Shown: one piece after another, positions 53,850-63,321 of the stretch
How positions within the stretch are numbered: position 1 is the first letter of the stretch
Layout: each line of letters opens with the position of its first letter
DNA from: Eshraghiella crossota
Lineage (GTDB): Bacteria; Bacillota; Clostridia; Christensenellales; CAG-917
Length of the DNA: 64,000 nucleotides
Reading direction: 5' to 3'
Assembly (NCBI GenBank): GCA_963590075.1
Contig: CAVANK010000004.1
Location: 18,670-82,669 of the forward strand
Position numbers and translations under genes: made by a program
The notes under the pieces: generated by a model
What the model was told of the DNA's origin: nothing
What the model saw: only the letters and a program-made list of their open reading frames with translations
Database searches by the model: none

Positions 53850-54401
53850 TCAACCGAATATTTTGTCAAGCCATTCCTTAACCCAAGACTTATAGACGAT
53901 TTTTTCACCGTCTTGAGTGCTCGGAACGAAGCAAAGAGGGGGAAACGCCACGCACCACCAGTTGTCTCCCGTGCCCTCTCCGAGGTAGATTATAAGTGCG
54001 TCGTAATAGCCCTCGGGGAAGTCGTATCCGTCGTATTGCCTGTTGGGAAAATATTCGTTTTTTAGCGCAATCGAGGCTTTATATGTAAAATTGTTTGCAT
54101 AAAGTGTCGTATTTGCGATATTGACGAGGTTTTGCTCTTCGCTCTCCAAGATATCGCGCGCTTCTGATTTGCTCTTGCAGTTTTCAAGGATAGAGGATAG
54201 ATAGGCGGTGATTGCGTCGCGTACTTTGAGCTTGACCGCTTGGTCTTCGTCGGTATTGGAGTTGGCGCGGATATGTATGCGTATGCACTCGTCCGCAAGA
54301 CGTTTTTGAGATACGGTGTCGCTACAAGAGCAAAGCACCACCGTGAGTATTGCGCCGAGCAACAGCGCGACTATGACGTAAATTGCGAGATTGTTTTTCA
54401 T
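53850..54401 (-). CDS. spoIIR: stage II sporulation protein R
   Basis: IRIHIRANSNTDEDQAVKLKVRDAI and GEGTGDNWWCVAFPPLCF motifs. Confidence 0.88.
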   Translation of the reverse strand: MKNNLAIYVIVALLLGAILTVVLCSCSDTVSQKRLADECIRIHIRANSNTDEDQAVKLKVRDAITAYLSSILENCKSKSEARDILESEEQNLVNIANTTLYANNFTYKASIALKNEYFPNRQYDGYDFPEGYYDALIIYLGEGTGDNWWCVAFPPLCFVPSTQDGEKIVYKSWVKEWLDKIFG

Positions 54402-54517
54402 ACCTCAAGTGTTGACCAATCGGTTGAGAGATATACCGCTTGCTAGTTTTTTGCGATTTAAGCCTTAGTTGCATAAAAGCAAATCCGCGTGAAAAACTAC
54501 TGAAAAAGAGGTGATGT

Positions 54518-55222
54518 ATGAAAACAAATTCCATATTGACAAGAGGTTTGATTTTGTCGCTTGCTTTTCTGCTTTTGAGCGTTGCGCTCGTATGCGCGTT
54601 TTTGCAAGAGGACGAAGTTTCCGTTGCGGACGCCGCGGTACTCAAGCAAGGCTCGAAGGGAGACCTCGTCAAAACGGTGCAAACAAAACTTATCAAGTGG
54701 GGATATCTCACGGGCAAGGCGGACGGAATTTTCGGTGCAAAGACAAAAGCCGCCGTCATCAAATTCCAACGCAAAAACGGGCTTACCGCCGACGGCGTGA
54801 TAGGCACGAGAACGGCGCAAGCGTTGGGCATAAGCCTTTCGAGCAATACGTCCTCGTCGTCGCAAACGACGTCTTCAACGGATTTGAACTTGCTTGCAAG
54901 AGTGGTTTACGGCGAGGCAAGAGGGGAGCCGTACACGGGACAAGTGGCGGTCGCCGCCGTGGTGCTCAACAGAGTCAAGAGTTCGAGTTTTCCCAATACG
55001 GTTGCGGGCGTGGTATATCAATCGGGCGCGTTCGATTGCGTAAGCGACGGACAAATCAATCTTACGCCCAATCAATCCGCATACAACGCCGCTCGTGACG
55101 CGCTCAACGGTTGGGATCCCACGTACGGGTGCTTGTTCTACTACAATCCGCGCACCGCTACGAGCAAATGGATGCTCTCGCGCACGATTAAATTGAATAT
55201 CGGCAATCACGCATTTTGCTGA
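54518..55222 (+). CDS. sleB: spore cortex-lytic enzyme
   Basis: Signal peptide, PG-binding repeat (VKTVQTKLIKWGYL..DGIFGAKT) and a Hydrolase_2 domain (ARVVYGEARGEPYTGQVAVAAVVLNR). Confidence 0.88.
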   Translation: MKTNSILTRGLILSLAFLLLSVALVCAFLQEDEVSVADAAVLKQGSKGDLVKTVQTKLIKWGYLTGKADGIFGAKTKAAVIKFQRKNGLTADGVIGTRTAQALGISLSSNTSSSSQTTSSTDLNLLARVVYGEARGEPYTGQVAVAAVVLNRVKSSSFPNTVAGVVYQSGAFDCVSDGQINLTPNQSAYNAARDALNGWDPTYGCLFYYNPRTATSKWMLSRTIKLNIGNHAFC

Positions 55223-55234
55223 AAGGAGTGATAT

Positions 55235-56644
55235 ATGAAAAATCAAAACGATGAAAAGAAAAACACACAAGAACAAGAGGGCAAAAAGCCCAAGAAGCAC
55301 GCTCCCGCAAAAGTCGTAAAAACCGCCGTTCTCGGCACGGTGCTCGGACTTTTTGCGAGCGCGATAGTGGGGCTTTCGGTTGCGCTGTACTTTTCTCAAA
55401 AGAGCGTGCAAACGCACGAAACCTATCAAAGACAAATGGACGCGGTGTACTCCCGCGCGTACTACGATTTGCTTGACGGTGCAAGCGACCTCGGCATACG
55501 GTTGCGCAAGATAAGCGTGTCCAACTCACCCAAAATGCAACAATCGCTTTTGTACGAGGTGTGGGGAACGGCGCAACTTGCGGAGGACAATCTCGGCATG
55601 TTCGAGTCGCAAGACGACGGAATTCTCAAAGCGCAAAAATTCGTCAATCAACTGGGCGATTACACGCATTCGCTTGCGCTCCGCATATCCGACGGACACC
55701 CGCTGACGGCGGAAGACAGACACAAATTGCAACAGATGGGAGATATGGCGGACACCTATAAAAACGCCTTGCAATCCGTGCAAAAGAACCTCGATAACGG
55801 GCAAATGTTCGTTGAGGACGGCGGTGCGCTCGATAATTTTGCTTCGGCATTTTCGGAGTTTTCCGAGCCGAGCTTCGAGTATCCCGAAATGATTTACGAC
55901 GGACCTTTTTCTTCCGCACTTGAAAATAGGCAAACGTACGGCCTTACGGGAGCGGAAATAACCGTCGAAAGAGGTGAAGAAATAGTGAAAGAATTGTTTG
56001 AGGAATATAGACCTCGCAATATCGAATACGCGGGGCAGGCGGACGGTGATATCGTGACGCTCGATTATAGATTTGTAAGCGGCGACGATAGGTGCTATGT
56101 GCAAATCGCAAAAAAAGGCGGTATGCTCATATCCTTTAACACGTCACCCGTAAACGACGAGAACGTCGCAATCGTCGAAGCAAGCGAAACTTGCCAACAA
56201 AGCGCGTTGAGATTTGCCTCGCGCGTAGGATTTGAAAATATGCAAGTGGTGTGGTCGTCCTCGGCGGACGGTGAGTGCGTTATAAACCTTGCGCCCGTGC
56301 ATAACGACGCAATACTTTATCCCGACCTCGTCAAGGTCAAGGTGAGAGAGGACGATTTGCGCGTTATCGGCTTTGACTCAACGCACTATGCATTCAACCA
56401 CCGTGAGCGTACTCTCGACGAGCCGACTATATCCGCGGCGGACGCACAATCGACGCTTTCCGTCCAACCGATATCCGAAGGTCGTCTTGCGCTTATCCCT
56501 TTGCGTGAAACAAGGGAAGTATTGACCTACGAGTTCGAGTGCCACAGCGACGGCACGTACTACGTGTATATCGACGCGCAAAGCGGTGAAGAAGTGAATA
56601 TTTTGTACGTGGTATCCGACGATACGGGTATGAGAACGATGTAA
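55235..56644 (+). CDS. ypeB: germination protein YpeB
   Basis: 469 aa directly after sleB. N-terminal TM helix. YpeB-like length with PepSY-type C-terminal repeats. Confidence 0.8.
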   Translation: MKNQNDEKKNTQEQEGKKPKKHAPAKVVKTAVLGTVLGLFASAIVGLSVALYFSQKSVQTHETYQRQMDAVYSRAYYDLLDGASDLGIRLRKISVSNSPKMQQSLLYEVWGTAQLAEDNLGMFESQDDGILKAQKFVNQLGDYTHSLALRISDGHPLTAEDRHKLQQMGDMADTYKNALQSVQKNLDNGQMFVEDGGALDNFASAFSEFSEPSFEYPEMIYDGPFSSALENRQTYGLTGAEITVERGEEIVKELFEEYRPRNIEYAGQADGDIVTLDYRFVSGDDRCYVQIAKKGGMLISFNTSPVNDENVAIVEASETCQQSALRFASRVGFENMQVVWSSSADGECVINLAPVHNDAILYPDLVKVKVREDDLRVIGFDSTHYAFNHRERTLDEPTISAADAQSTLSVQPISEGRLALIPLRETREVLTYEFECHSDGTYYVYIDAQSGEEVNILYVVSDDTGMRTM

Positions 56645-56899
56645 AATCTTTGCGCCGATTGCTAAACACGTGTCACTTATCTCTACGAGATAACTTGACA
56701 CATATTTAGGCGCAAACGTCCTACACAAAAGCAATCGGAGCATTGCTTTTGTGCGTAAGGTCTCGCAACCTTGAGACGGCTCGGCGGTTGCTCGGATAGA
56801 AAGTTGATGCTCACAATTAGTCTTCGTGGAGTTATATTCTACGGCTCCGCCTGTCTACGAGTAACGTTAGGCGTGCGTTGCACGCTGATGGAATATTCC
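56645..56899 (+). repeat. family-D 255-bp multi-hairpin element, copy D2, starting directly after the ypeB stop codon
   Basis: See D1. Ends in GGAATATTCC (56890-56899). Confidence 0.9.
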
Positions 56900-56913
56900 A
56901 AAATATGATAAAA

Positions 56914-56944
56914 CAAAAAAGCACTCGGTTTCCCGAGTGCTTCC
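56914..56944 (-). terminator. rho-independent terminator of the zinc-ribbon membrane protein gene
   Basis: GCACTCGG-TTTC-CCGAGTGC with a T-run on the minus strand. Confidence 0.8.
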
Positions 56945-56961
56945 GATTTAATCAAGAATGA

Positions 56962-57747
56962 TTATTTTGCTTTTTTCTCTTTTCTTTCAAGAGACTTGGT
57001 GAAGCAAAGACAGAAGATGATTTGCAACAGTCCGAGTGCCGCACCTGCAAGAACGACGTATTCCTTGGTGACGAACGCTTTGTAGTATGCGCCGAAGCCC
57101 AAACCGTCTTCGTTATTGAGGACAAATTGTGCAAAGAGCACTGCGATTGCGACGAGTCCGATAAGGATGCCGGATACGACGTTGTACGCTCTGCCGTACT
57201 TCTTACCGCAAGCGGAAATAAATGCGACGAGGAAATTGATTACTGAAAGCGCAAGCAATGCCATCGGCAAAATGTTGAGAATGCCGAGAAGTGTATTTGC
57301 GTCAAACCAGTATTTGAGATCTTCTCCACCTTTGAATAAATCAATCCAGTTGGAAATACCGTCGAAAGCGGCGATACCGTAGAGAGAATTGCCGATTTTA
57401 CCGACCTTTACGAAGTAACCGACCACGGTAAGTGCAACGAAGAGAAGTGACATAAGCATCATAACGACGTTTCTGCCGACACCGCTGTGTTTTGCTTTCT
57501 TTGCGGGGGCTGCCACGGTTTCCTCATTGTTGTAGACGGGTTCAAAGTTGGTTTGAGGTTGTGTATAAGCGGGCGCTTGTTGTACGAGCGTCGCGACTTG
57601 TGTGTCTATTTTGTTGATTTTTACGCCAATCGTTACACCGCAGCTGGGGCATTTGATACGATGTTTGTATCCATCGGGAAGAGTCTCCATATTCGCCGGC
57701 GGTTCAAAACTGATTTCGGCTCTGCAACTTGGGCATCTAGTGTACAT
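56962..57747 (-). CDS. zinc-ribbon membrane protein, function unknown
   Basis: MYTRCPSCRAEISF..IKCPSCGVTIGV double CxxC N-terminus, a Q/P-rich linker, and five or six TM helices. Confidence 0.55.
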   Translation of the reverse strand: MYTRCPSCRAEISFEPPANMETLPDGYKHRIKCPSCGVTIGVKINKIDTQVATLVQQAPAYTQPQTNFEPVYNNEETVAAPAKKAKHSGVGRNVVMMLMSLLFVALTVVGYFVKVGKIGNSLYGIAAFDGISNWIDLFKGGEDLKYWFDANTLLGILNILPMALLALSVINFLVAFISACGKKYGRAYNVVSGILIGLVAIAVLFAQFVLNNEDGLGFGAYYKAFVTKEYVVLAGAALGLLQIIFCLCFTKSLERKEKKAK

Positions 57748-58077
57748 AGTTTATCTCCTTAAAAACTATTCTTACGATATTATATTATTAAAGTGCGTTA
57801 AAGTCAATGATAGTTGAGCAAAAAATATTTTTTAATAGCGTAAAATAGCGTATTTAAGCGGACGACGGCACAAAAAATATCGTCGAAAAATGCAAAATGC
57901 AATCGGTTTTACGCGATATTTTGCAAACTTTTCAAGCACGACGAAAGCACTGCCAAAAATATAAAACGCACGCAAAACGGACTTTATATCGTCAAATTAA
58001 ACGATAAAACCCGTTTTGCGTGCAAATCTTATTGCGTATGCGTGCTAAATTCTCGTCGATAAATTGATTGTAATCGT

Positions 58078-58392
58078 CTATCCGACGGACTTCTTTTCCA
58101 TATAGTTTTTGACACTGACGTAATCGGCGCAAAGTTTGATTATGTAGCGTTGTCTTTCCTCGTGAGACAGCGCGCGGAGAATATTTTCGTCGGCAAGTTG
58201 CGCGATGGGGTTGGTGACGCTCTCTCCCGCGCGTTTAAGTTTGTTGAGTTTGACGTAGATTGCCTTTTGTTCGGGCGTAACGTCTTTGGGTGCGCTCAAT
58301 TCGTCTTTGTCGTACGAGTTGTTGCCAAGTCTTGATTTTGCCGATTTTGCAAGTGCGCGAAGGGCGCAGTTTTTGTGTTTTACGTTGCTCAT
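58078..58392 (-). CDS. hypothetical protein
   Basis: 104 aa, GGAGG RBS, basic helical sequence, no motif recognised. Confidence 0.45.
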   Translation of the reverse strand: MSNVKHKNCALRALAKSAKSRLGNNSYDKDELSAPKDVTPEQKAIYVKLNKLKRAGESVTNPIAQLADENILRALSHEERQRYIIKLCADYVSVKNYMEKKSVG

Positions 58393-58458
58393 TTCCGCCT
58401 CCGATTACGATATTAGCACAATTCCGTGCAATTGGAAGAGTGACGGCAAACTTAGACC

Positions 58459-58770
58459 TTATTCGTCTTTTTCTCTCTTTTTTCTCACGTGCTTTTTTAT
58501 CTTCGAGAGAAGAAACGGCGGTATAAATACGCCAAAACCGAAGGCAAATACGCCGTAAAGTTGTATTTTTCCTTGCATTATCCACTCCACGCAAGCGATA
58601 AACGCGCCCGATATGCACACCGTGGCAAAAAAGTCCGTCAACGCGCGCTCAAAGGGCTTTGCCTTGCGTAGATAAAGAAGAGCGAAAAGCCCTCCCGCAA
58701 GACCTGCAAGAAGGCAAAAAGCAAAGCATATCGCTTGATTTTTGGCGTTTGCGCCGAGATATAGGTTCAT
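58459..58770 (-). CDS. yabQ: spore cortex biosynthesis protein YabQ
   Basis: 103 aa, three TM helices, 4-nt overlap with yabP, conserved yabP-yabQ order. Confidence 0.7.
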   Translation of the reverse strand: MNLYLGANAKNQAICFAFCLLAGLAGGLFALLYLRKAKPFERALTDFFATVCISGAFIACVEWIMQGKIQLYGVFAFGFGVFIPPFLLSKIKKHVRKKREKDE

Positions 58771-59105
58771 TTGAAAAGGCGTTTTGCAAAGGACGTCGGC
58801 GTTGATTGCGCGCTGTATTTTAGGGACGTGATTTGCCCCGAAATCTGCAATTTTCCGCTTTCCACGTCGAGATTTTTGACGACGAGGTCGGTGCCGACTA
58901 TCGTCAGCGTTTCGCCTTCCAAGCGCACGACTACCGTTTTGTCCGTAAACGTCGGAACGTCCAAAACGCCCGTCATAGACACGGAATGAAGGTGGTCGAG
59001 TTCGATTTTGTGAGGGGATTTTGCTTTTTGAGATTGCTCGGCTTTGGTCCGCACTTTTGCAGAGTCGAGAGCGCGCGATTGCGTGGTAGATTTTGAAAAT
59101 TCCAT
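58767..59105 (-). CDS. yabP: sporulation protein YabP
   Basis: GAGGTG RBS; YabP-like core SMTGVLDVPTFTDKTVVVRLEGETLTIVGTDLVVKNLDVESGKLQISG. Confidence 0.8.
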   Translation of the reverse strand: MEFSKSTTQSRALDSAKVRTKAEQSQKAKSPHKIELDHLHSVSMTGVLDVPTFTDKTVVVRLEGETLTIVGTDLVVKNLDVESGKLQISGQITSLKYSAQSTPTSFAKRLFK

Positions 59106-59211
59106 ATTACACCTCTTGCGCTTGCGCGCTTTTCATTGACAATAATATTAAAAGAGAATAAAATATATTCCACAAAAACAAAAATACGCTCGCACGGGCG
59201 TAGGGTGAGTA

Positions 59212-60468
59212 ATGGCAAAGTCAAAGAAATCCGCAAATCAAAAGAGGCGTTTTGCAATAGACAATTCGGCAAAATACTATCCGATTATGTCCACCAAGAA
59301 AGCGCAAAGTTTGTTTTGCATAAGCGCAAAGATGTTCGACGAGGTCGATAGGGACGTTCTCGAAGTTGCGCTCAACGACGTGCTCAACCGTTTCCAAGCG
59401 TACAAAGTGCGCCTCAAAAAGGGCTATGCGTGGCACTTTTTCGAGCATAACGACGCACCCGCAAAGGTTTTCGGAAACGAAGCGTTGCTTACTCCTATCA
59501 ATCCCGACGATACCAACGGATATTGGTTTAGAGTGAGTGCGGTGGACAATCTTATTAAACTTGAAATGTTCCACGCGCTTGCGGACGGCAACGGCGCGTT
59601 GATGTTTTTGAGAAGTATCGTCAAAAGATATCGAGAGCTTTTGGGCTTCGACGTCGAGGACGACGGAATAATCGATTGGAAAAGCCAGTCCTACGACGAG
59701 GAGTTCGAGGACAGTTTCGAGAAGAACTACAAGCCCATAACTTTCGGACAAATGAACCTCAAAGCGTTGGCGGGCAAAGTGCCTCATCGCATAGACGGTA
59801 CGCTCTCGCAAGCGGGATATCAAAGCAGTGAGGTAGTTGCCGAGGCAAGCGATATAGTCGCAAAGGCAAAGGAAATCGGCGTTACGTTAACGGCGTATCT
59901 TACGGGCGCGCTGGCGTATACCATTGAAAAGACTTACGCCAACAAAAAGCCTATCGCGATAATGGTGCCCGTCAATCTCCGCTCGCTTTATCCGTCGAGG
60001 ACGATGCGCAACTTTGTCACTTTCGTGAGGATTATATTCTTGCCGTCTTCTTGCAAGAGTGTGGAAGACTGCGCAAAAGAGGCGTATAGGCAACTCAAAA
60101 TCGAGACCGCAAAGGACAAACTCGACGCGTTTATCTCAACGACGGTCCGCGCGCAAAAGAATTGGCTTCTCAAAACCTTGCCACTCTTCGTAAAGACCGC
60201 GCTTATAAGGTTCGGCAAACTGTTTATGCGCTCGCGTCAGACGATGATTTTCAGCAATCTCGGCAACGTGGTATCTCCCGAGGCAATGGGTGTGGACAGA
60301 TATATTCTCAATATGAACGTGTCCAAAAACAACGTTCAAAATCTCGGTGCGATAACCACCAACGGCAAGACCAATCTCGGTTTTACGCGCTATATCAAAG
60401 AAAACGATTTGCCCGAGGCGTTCTTTGACGTGCTCGAACGAAAAGGTATAAGACTTACGAGAGTGTAA
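59212..60468 (+). CDS. HxxxD acyltransferase of the condensation/alcohol-acetyltransferase-like superfamily
   Basis: 418 aa, catalytic-type motif FHALADGNGA. Confidence 0.55.
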   Translation: MAKSKKSANQKRRFAIDNSAKYYPIMSTKKAQSLFCISAKMFDEVDRDVLEVALNDVLNRFQAYKVRLKKGYAWHFFEHNDAPAKVFGNEALLTPINPDDTNGYWFRVSAVDNLIKLEMFHALADGNGALMFLRSIVKRYRELLGFDVEDDGIIDWKSQSYDEEFEDSFEKNYKPITFGQMNLKALAGKVPHRIDGTLSQAGYQSSEVVAEASDIVAKAKEIGVTLTAYLTGALAYTIEKTYANKKPIAIMVPVNLRSLYPSRTMRNFVTFVRIIFLPSSCKSVEDCAKEAYRQLKIETAKDKLDAFISTTVRAQKNWLLKTLPLFVKTALIRFGKLFMRSRQTMIFSNLGNVVSPEAMGVDRYILNMNVSKNNVQNLGAITTNGKTNLGFTRYIKENDLPEAFFDVLERKGIRLTRV

Positions 60469-60529
60469 GCCAAAAACGAAAACGAAATAAGAGTGTGACT
60501 TCTCCACAAAAGAGTATAAAGAGGTATTT

Positions 60530-62320
60530 ATGAAACGACTCAATTCAAGCGAACTTCGCAAAATGTATCTTGATTTTTACAAATCGAAGGGACACGCGGT
60601 TATCGGCTCCGCATCGCTCATTCCCGAAAACGATCCGACCGTATTGTTCACCACGGCGGGTATGCATCCGCTCGTGCCCTATCTTCTCGGCGAAAAGCAC
60701 CCTGCGGGCAATCGTCTTACGGACGTGCAAATCTGCGTGCGTACCGGCGATATCGACGAGGTTGGCGACGCAACTCACTGCACCTTCTTCGAAATGCTCG
60801 GAAGATGGTCGCTCGGCGATTATTTCAAGGAATACGCAATCGCTTGCTCCTACGATTTCTTGCTCAATCAACTCGAATTTGACAAAGATAAATTTGCGGT
60901 AACCGTTTTTGCGGGTGACGAGGATTGTCCGAGGGATGAAGAAAGCGCGTCTTATTGGAAAGCGCAAGGTATCCCCGAAGACCACATTTTCTATTGCAAC
61001 AAAAAGCACAATTGGTGGGGGCCCGCAGGCATAACCGGTCCGTGCGGTCCCGATACCGAGATGTTTATAGACACCGGCAAGCCCAAATGCTCGGACGATT
61101 GCTCTCCCGCTTGCGATTGCGGAAAGTACGTGGAAATCGGCAACGACGTGTTTATGCAATACTTCAAAAACGCCGACGGAACTTTTTCACCGCTTGCGCA
61201 AAAGAACGTCGACGAGGGTATGGGACTTGAAAGAATGCTTTGCATTCTCAACGGTTACAAGTCGGTGTACGAGACGGATTTGTTTAGTTTCGCAATCCAA
61301 AAACTCGAAGAGTTGAGCGGAAAGAAATACGGTGAAGACGAACAAACCACCGTCGCAATGCGCATAATCGCAGACCATACGCGCACGGCAACCTTCCTCC
61401 TCGGCGATATCAAAGCGGTGTCTCCGTCCAACGTCGACCAAGGCTACGTGCTCCGTCGCCTTATCCGCAGAGCAATGAGATATTGCCGTACTCTCGGCGT
61501 CGACGACAGCGCTCTCGTGGAACTTGCAAAACTCTACGTCGCAAAATACGAAGAGGCTTATCCGTACATCAAAGAGAACGAGGACAGAATCGTGTCCGAA
61601 CTCGAAGCGGAAAGAAACAAGTTTGCAAAGACAATCGAACAAGGTCTCAAAGAATTTGACAAGATAGTGGCGCACCTTCCGCAAGGTATGACGGTGTTCC
61701 CCGGCAAGACAGCGTTCAGACTTTACGACACGTACGGCTTCCCCATCGAGATGACGGAAGAACTTGCCAAAGAAAATGGCTTCACCCTTGACAGAGCGGG
61801 CTACGACAAGGCGTTTGGAGAGCATCAAGCACTCAGCAAAGCGGGCGCGGAGCAAAAGTTCAAAGGCGGTCTTGCAGACGGCGGAGAACTTACCGCAAGA
61901 CTTCACAGCGCAACGCACCTTCTCAACGCCGCACTCAAAATCGTGCTTCACGACGACTCTATCCAACAAAGAGGCAGTAATATAACGTCCGAAAGATTGC
62001 GTTTTGACTTCAACTTCCCGCGTCCTCTCACGCAAGACGAGATTGCGCAAGTGGAGAAAATCGTCAACGACGAAATCGCAAAAGACACCGAAGTCAAACT
62101 TGACGAAATGTCCGTCGAAGAGGCAAAGAAAGCGGGCGCAATCGGCGTGTTCGACAACCGTTACGGCGACGTCGTAAAGGTGTACACGATTGGAATTTCC
62201 AAAGAGATTTGCGGCGGACCTCACGCAAAACGCACGGGTGAACTCGGCAAATTCCGCATTGTGAAAGAGCAAAGTTCTTCCGCGGGTATCAGACGTATCA
62301 AAGCAGTGTTGGAGTACTGA
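60530..62320 (+). CDS. alaS: alanine--tRNA ligase, short form (catalytic + tRNA-recognition + minimal editing core; no C-Ala domain)
   Basis: FLDFYKSKGH, FTTAGM, FFEMLG, GPCGPDTE(M)F, GMGLER. Editing motifs HSATHLL and CGGPH. Only 596 aa. Confidence 0.85.
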   Translation: MKRLNSSELRKMYLDFYKSKGHAVIGSASLIPENDPTVLFTTAGMHPLVPYLLGEKHPAGNRLTDVQICVRTGDIDEVGDATHCTFFEMLGRWSLGDYFKEYAIACSYDFLLNQLEFDKDKFAVTVFAGDEDCPRDEESASYWKAQGIPEDHIFYCNKKHNWWGPAGITGPCGPDTEMFIDTGKPKCSDDCSPACDCGKYVEIGNDVFMQYFKNADGTFSPLAQKNVDEGMGLERMLCILNGYKSVYETDLFSFAIQKLEELSGKKYGEDEQTTVAMRIIADHTRTATFLLGDIKAVSPSNVDQGYVLRRLIRRAMRYCRTLGVDDSALVELAKLYVAKYEEAYPYIKENEDRIVSELEAERNKFAKTIEQGLKEFDKIVAHLPQGMTVFPGKTAFRLYDTYGFPIEMTEELAKENGFTLDRAGYDKAFGEHQALSKAGAEQKFKGGLADGGELTARLHSATHLLNAALKIVLHDDSIQQRGSNITSERLRFDFNFPRPLTQDEIAQVEKIVNDEIAKDTEVKLDEMSVEEAKKAGAIGVFDNRYGDVVKVYTIGISKEICGGPHAKRTGELGKFRIVKEQSSSAGIRRIKAVLEY

Positions 62321-62323
62321 AAT

Positions 62324-63139
62324 ATGAGATGTGACACGCACGTACACACTCGCAATTCACACGACGGCAAATTGCCGATCGCGACGATAGTTGACCTTGC
62401 CAAAGCGCAAGGTCTTTGCTATCTTGCAACAACGGATCACCTCGATTACGACTTCGAGTACGGCAAAAACAAAGCCCCGATAAAATGGCCCGCGCTCAAT
62501 CTCGAAGAATACCAAAAAGAGTGGCAAATTGCAAAATCGGCACTTGATAACGACAAAAACAACACGTTAAACCTTTGTTTCGGCATTGAGGCAAGTTACG
62601 ACAAAAGCGCGCTTGCCAAGCAAAAATATCAAGAAACCATTGCAAAATATCCCTTTGACGTGGTGATAAATTCCGTGCATTGCGTGGACGGATACGACGT
62701 GTATTTCAAGATGGCATTTTTGTTCAAGCGCAAAAAACACGTCTATAAGAGGTATCTCGAAACCATTCTCGAAAGCCTCGACGCTCCGTACCCGTACGAT
62801 ATCGTGGCGCACATCGGATATATCGCGCACGGTGCACCGTATAGGGACAAAACGCTCAAATACGCGGATTTTCCGAATGAGATAGACGCAATACTCAAAG
62901 GCATCATCGCAAGGGGCAAGGCAATGGAAATCAACTTCCATCACGAGATGGCTCCCGGCAGAGATATCGTCGAGAGATATTACGAGCTCGGCGGACGAAA
63001 AATCAGTTACGGCTCGGACGCGCACCGCGGTGATATTTGCAAGAATTTCGACGAGGCGTGCGCAATGCTCAAAGAGATAGGCTTCACCCATCTTTCCACC
63101 TTCGTAAAGCACCGAGAAGTGCTCGTCCCGATCGAATAA
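62324..63139 (+). CDS. PHP-domain phosphatase, HisJ-family histidinol-phosphatase-like
   Basis: CDTHVHTRNSHDG start and later metal-binding His residues; 271 aa. Confidence 0.7.
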   Translation: MRCDTHVHTRNSHDGKLPIATIVDLAKAQGLCYLATTDHLDYDFEYGKNKAPIKWPALNLEEYQKEWQIAKSALDNDKNNTLNLCFGIEASYDKSALAKQKYQETIAKYPFDVVINSVHCVDGYDVYFKMAFLFKRKKHVYKRYLETILESLDAPYPYDIVAHIGYIAHGAPYRDKTLKYADFPNEIDAILKGIIARGKAMEINFHHEMAPGRDIVERYYELGGRKISYGSDAHRGDICKNFDEACAMLKEIGFTHLSTFVKHREVLVPIE

Positions 63140-63321
63140 TACGACACGATTTCCAAACGGAAGTCGTTTTTCTTTGTTTTTCACCGTATTTTGAATAAAC
63201 GTAAAAATCCGTTCTTTACTTCAAATAAAACGTAGTGTAAAATTGTATATATAAGTGTAAGCAACGTAGGGACGACTTGACTTTTTATTTACACGCTTAA
63301 CTAAATTTGAGGAGAAAAATT

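Noticed and set aside
32146-56644. The 24.5-kb segment between D1 and D2 as a composite transposon or genomic island
   Set aside because: It contains core genes (rpsF-ssb-rpsR, sigH, rlmB, mrnC, tRNAs, spoIIR, sleB-ypeB). It has no transposase or integrase, and apart from the small 37.6-38.6 kb islet its composition is not atypical. Only homologous inversion remains plausible.
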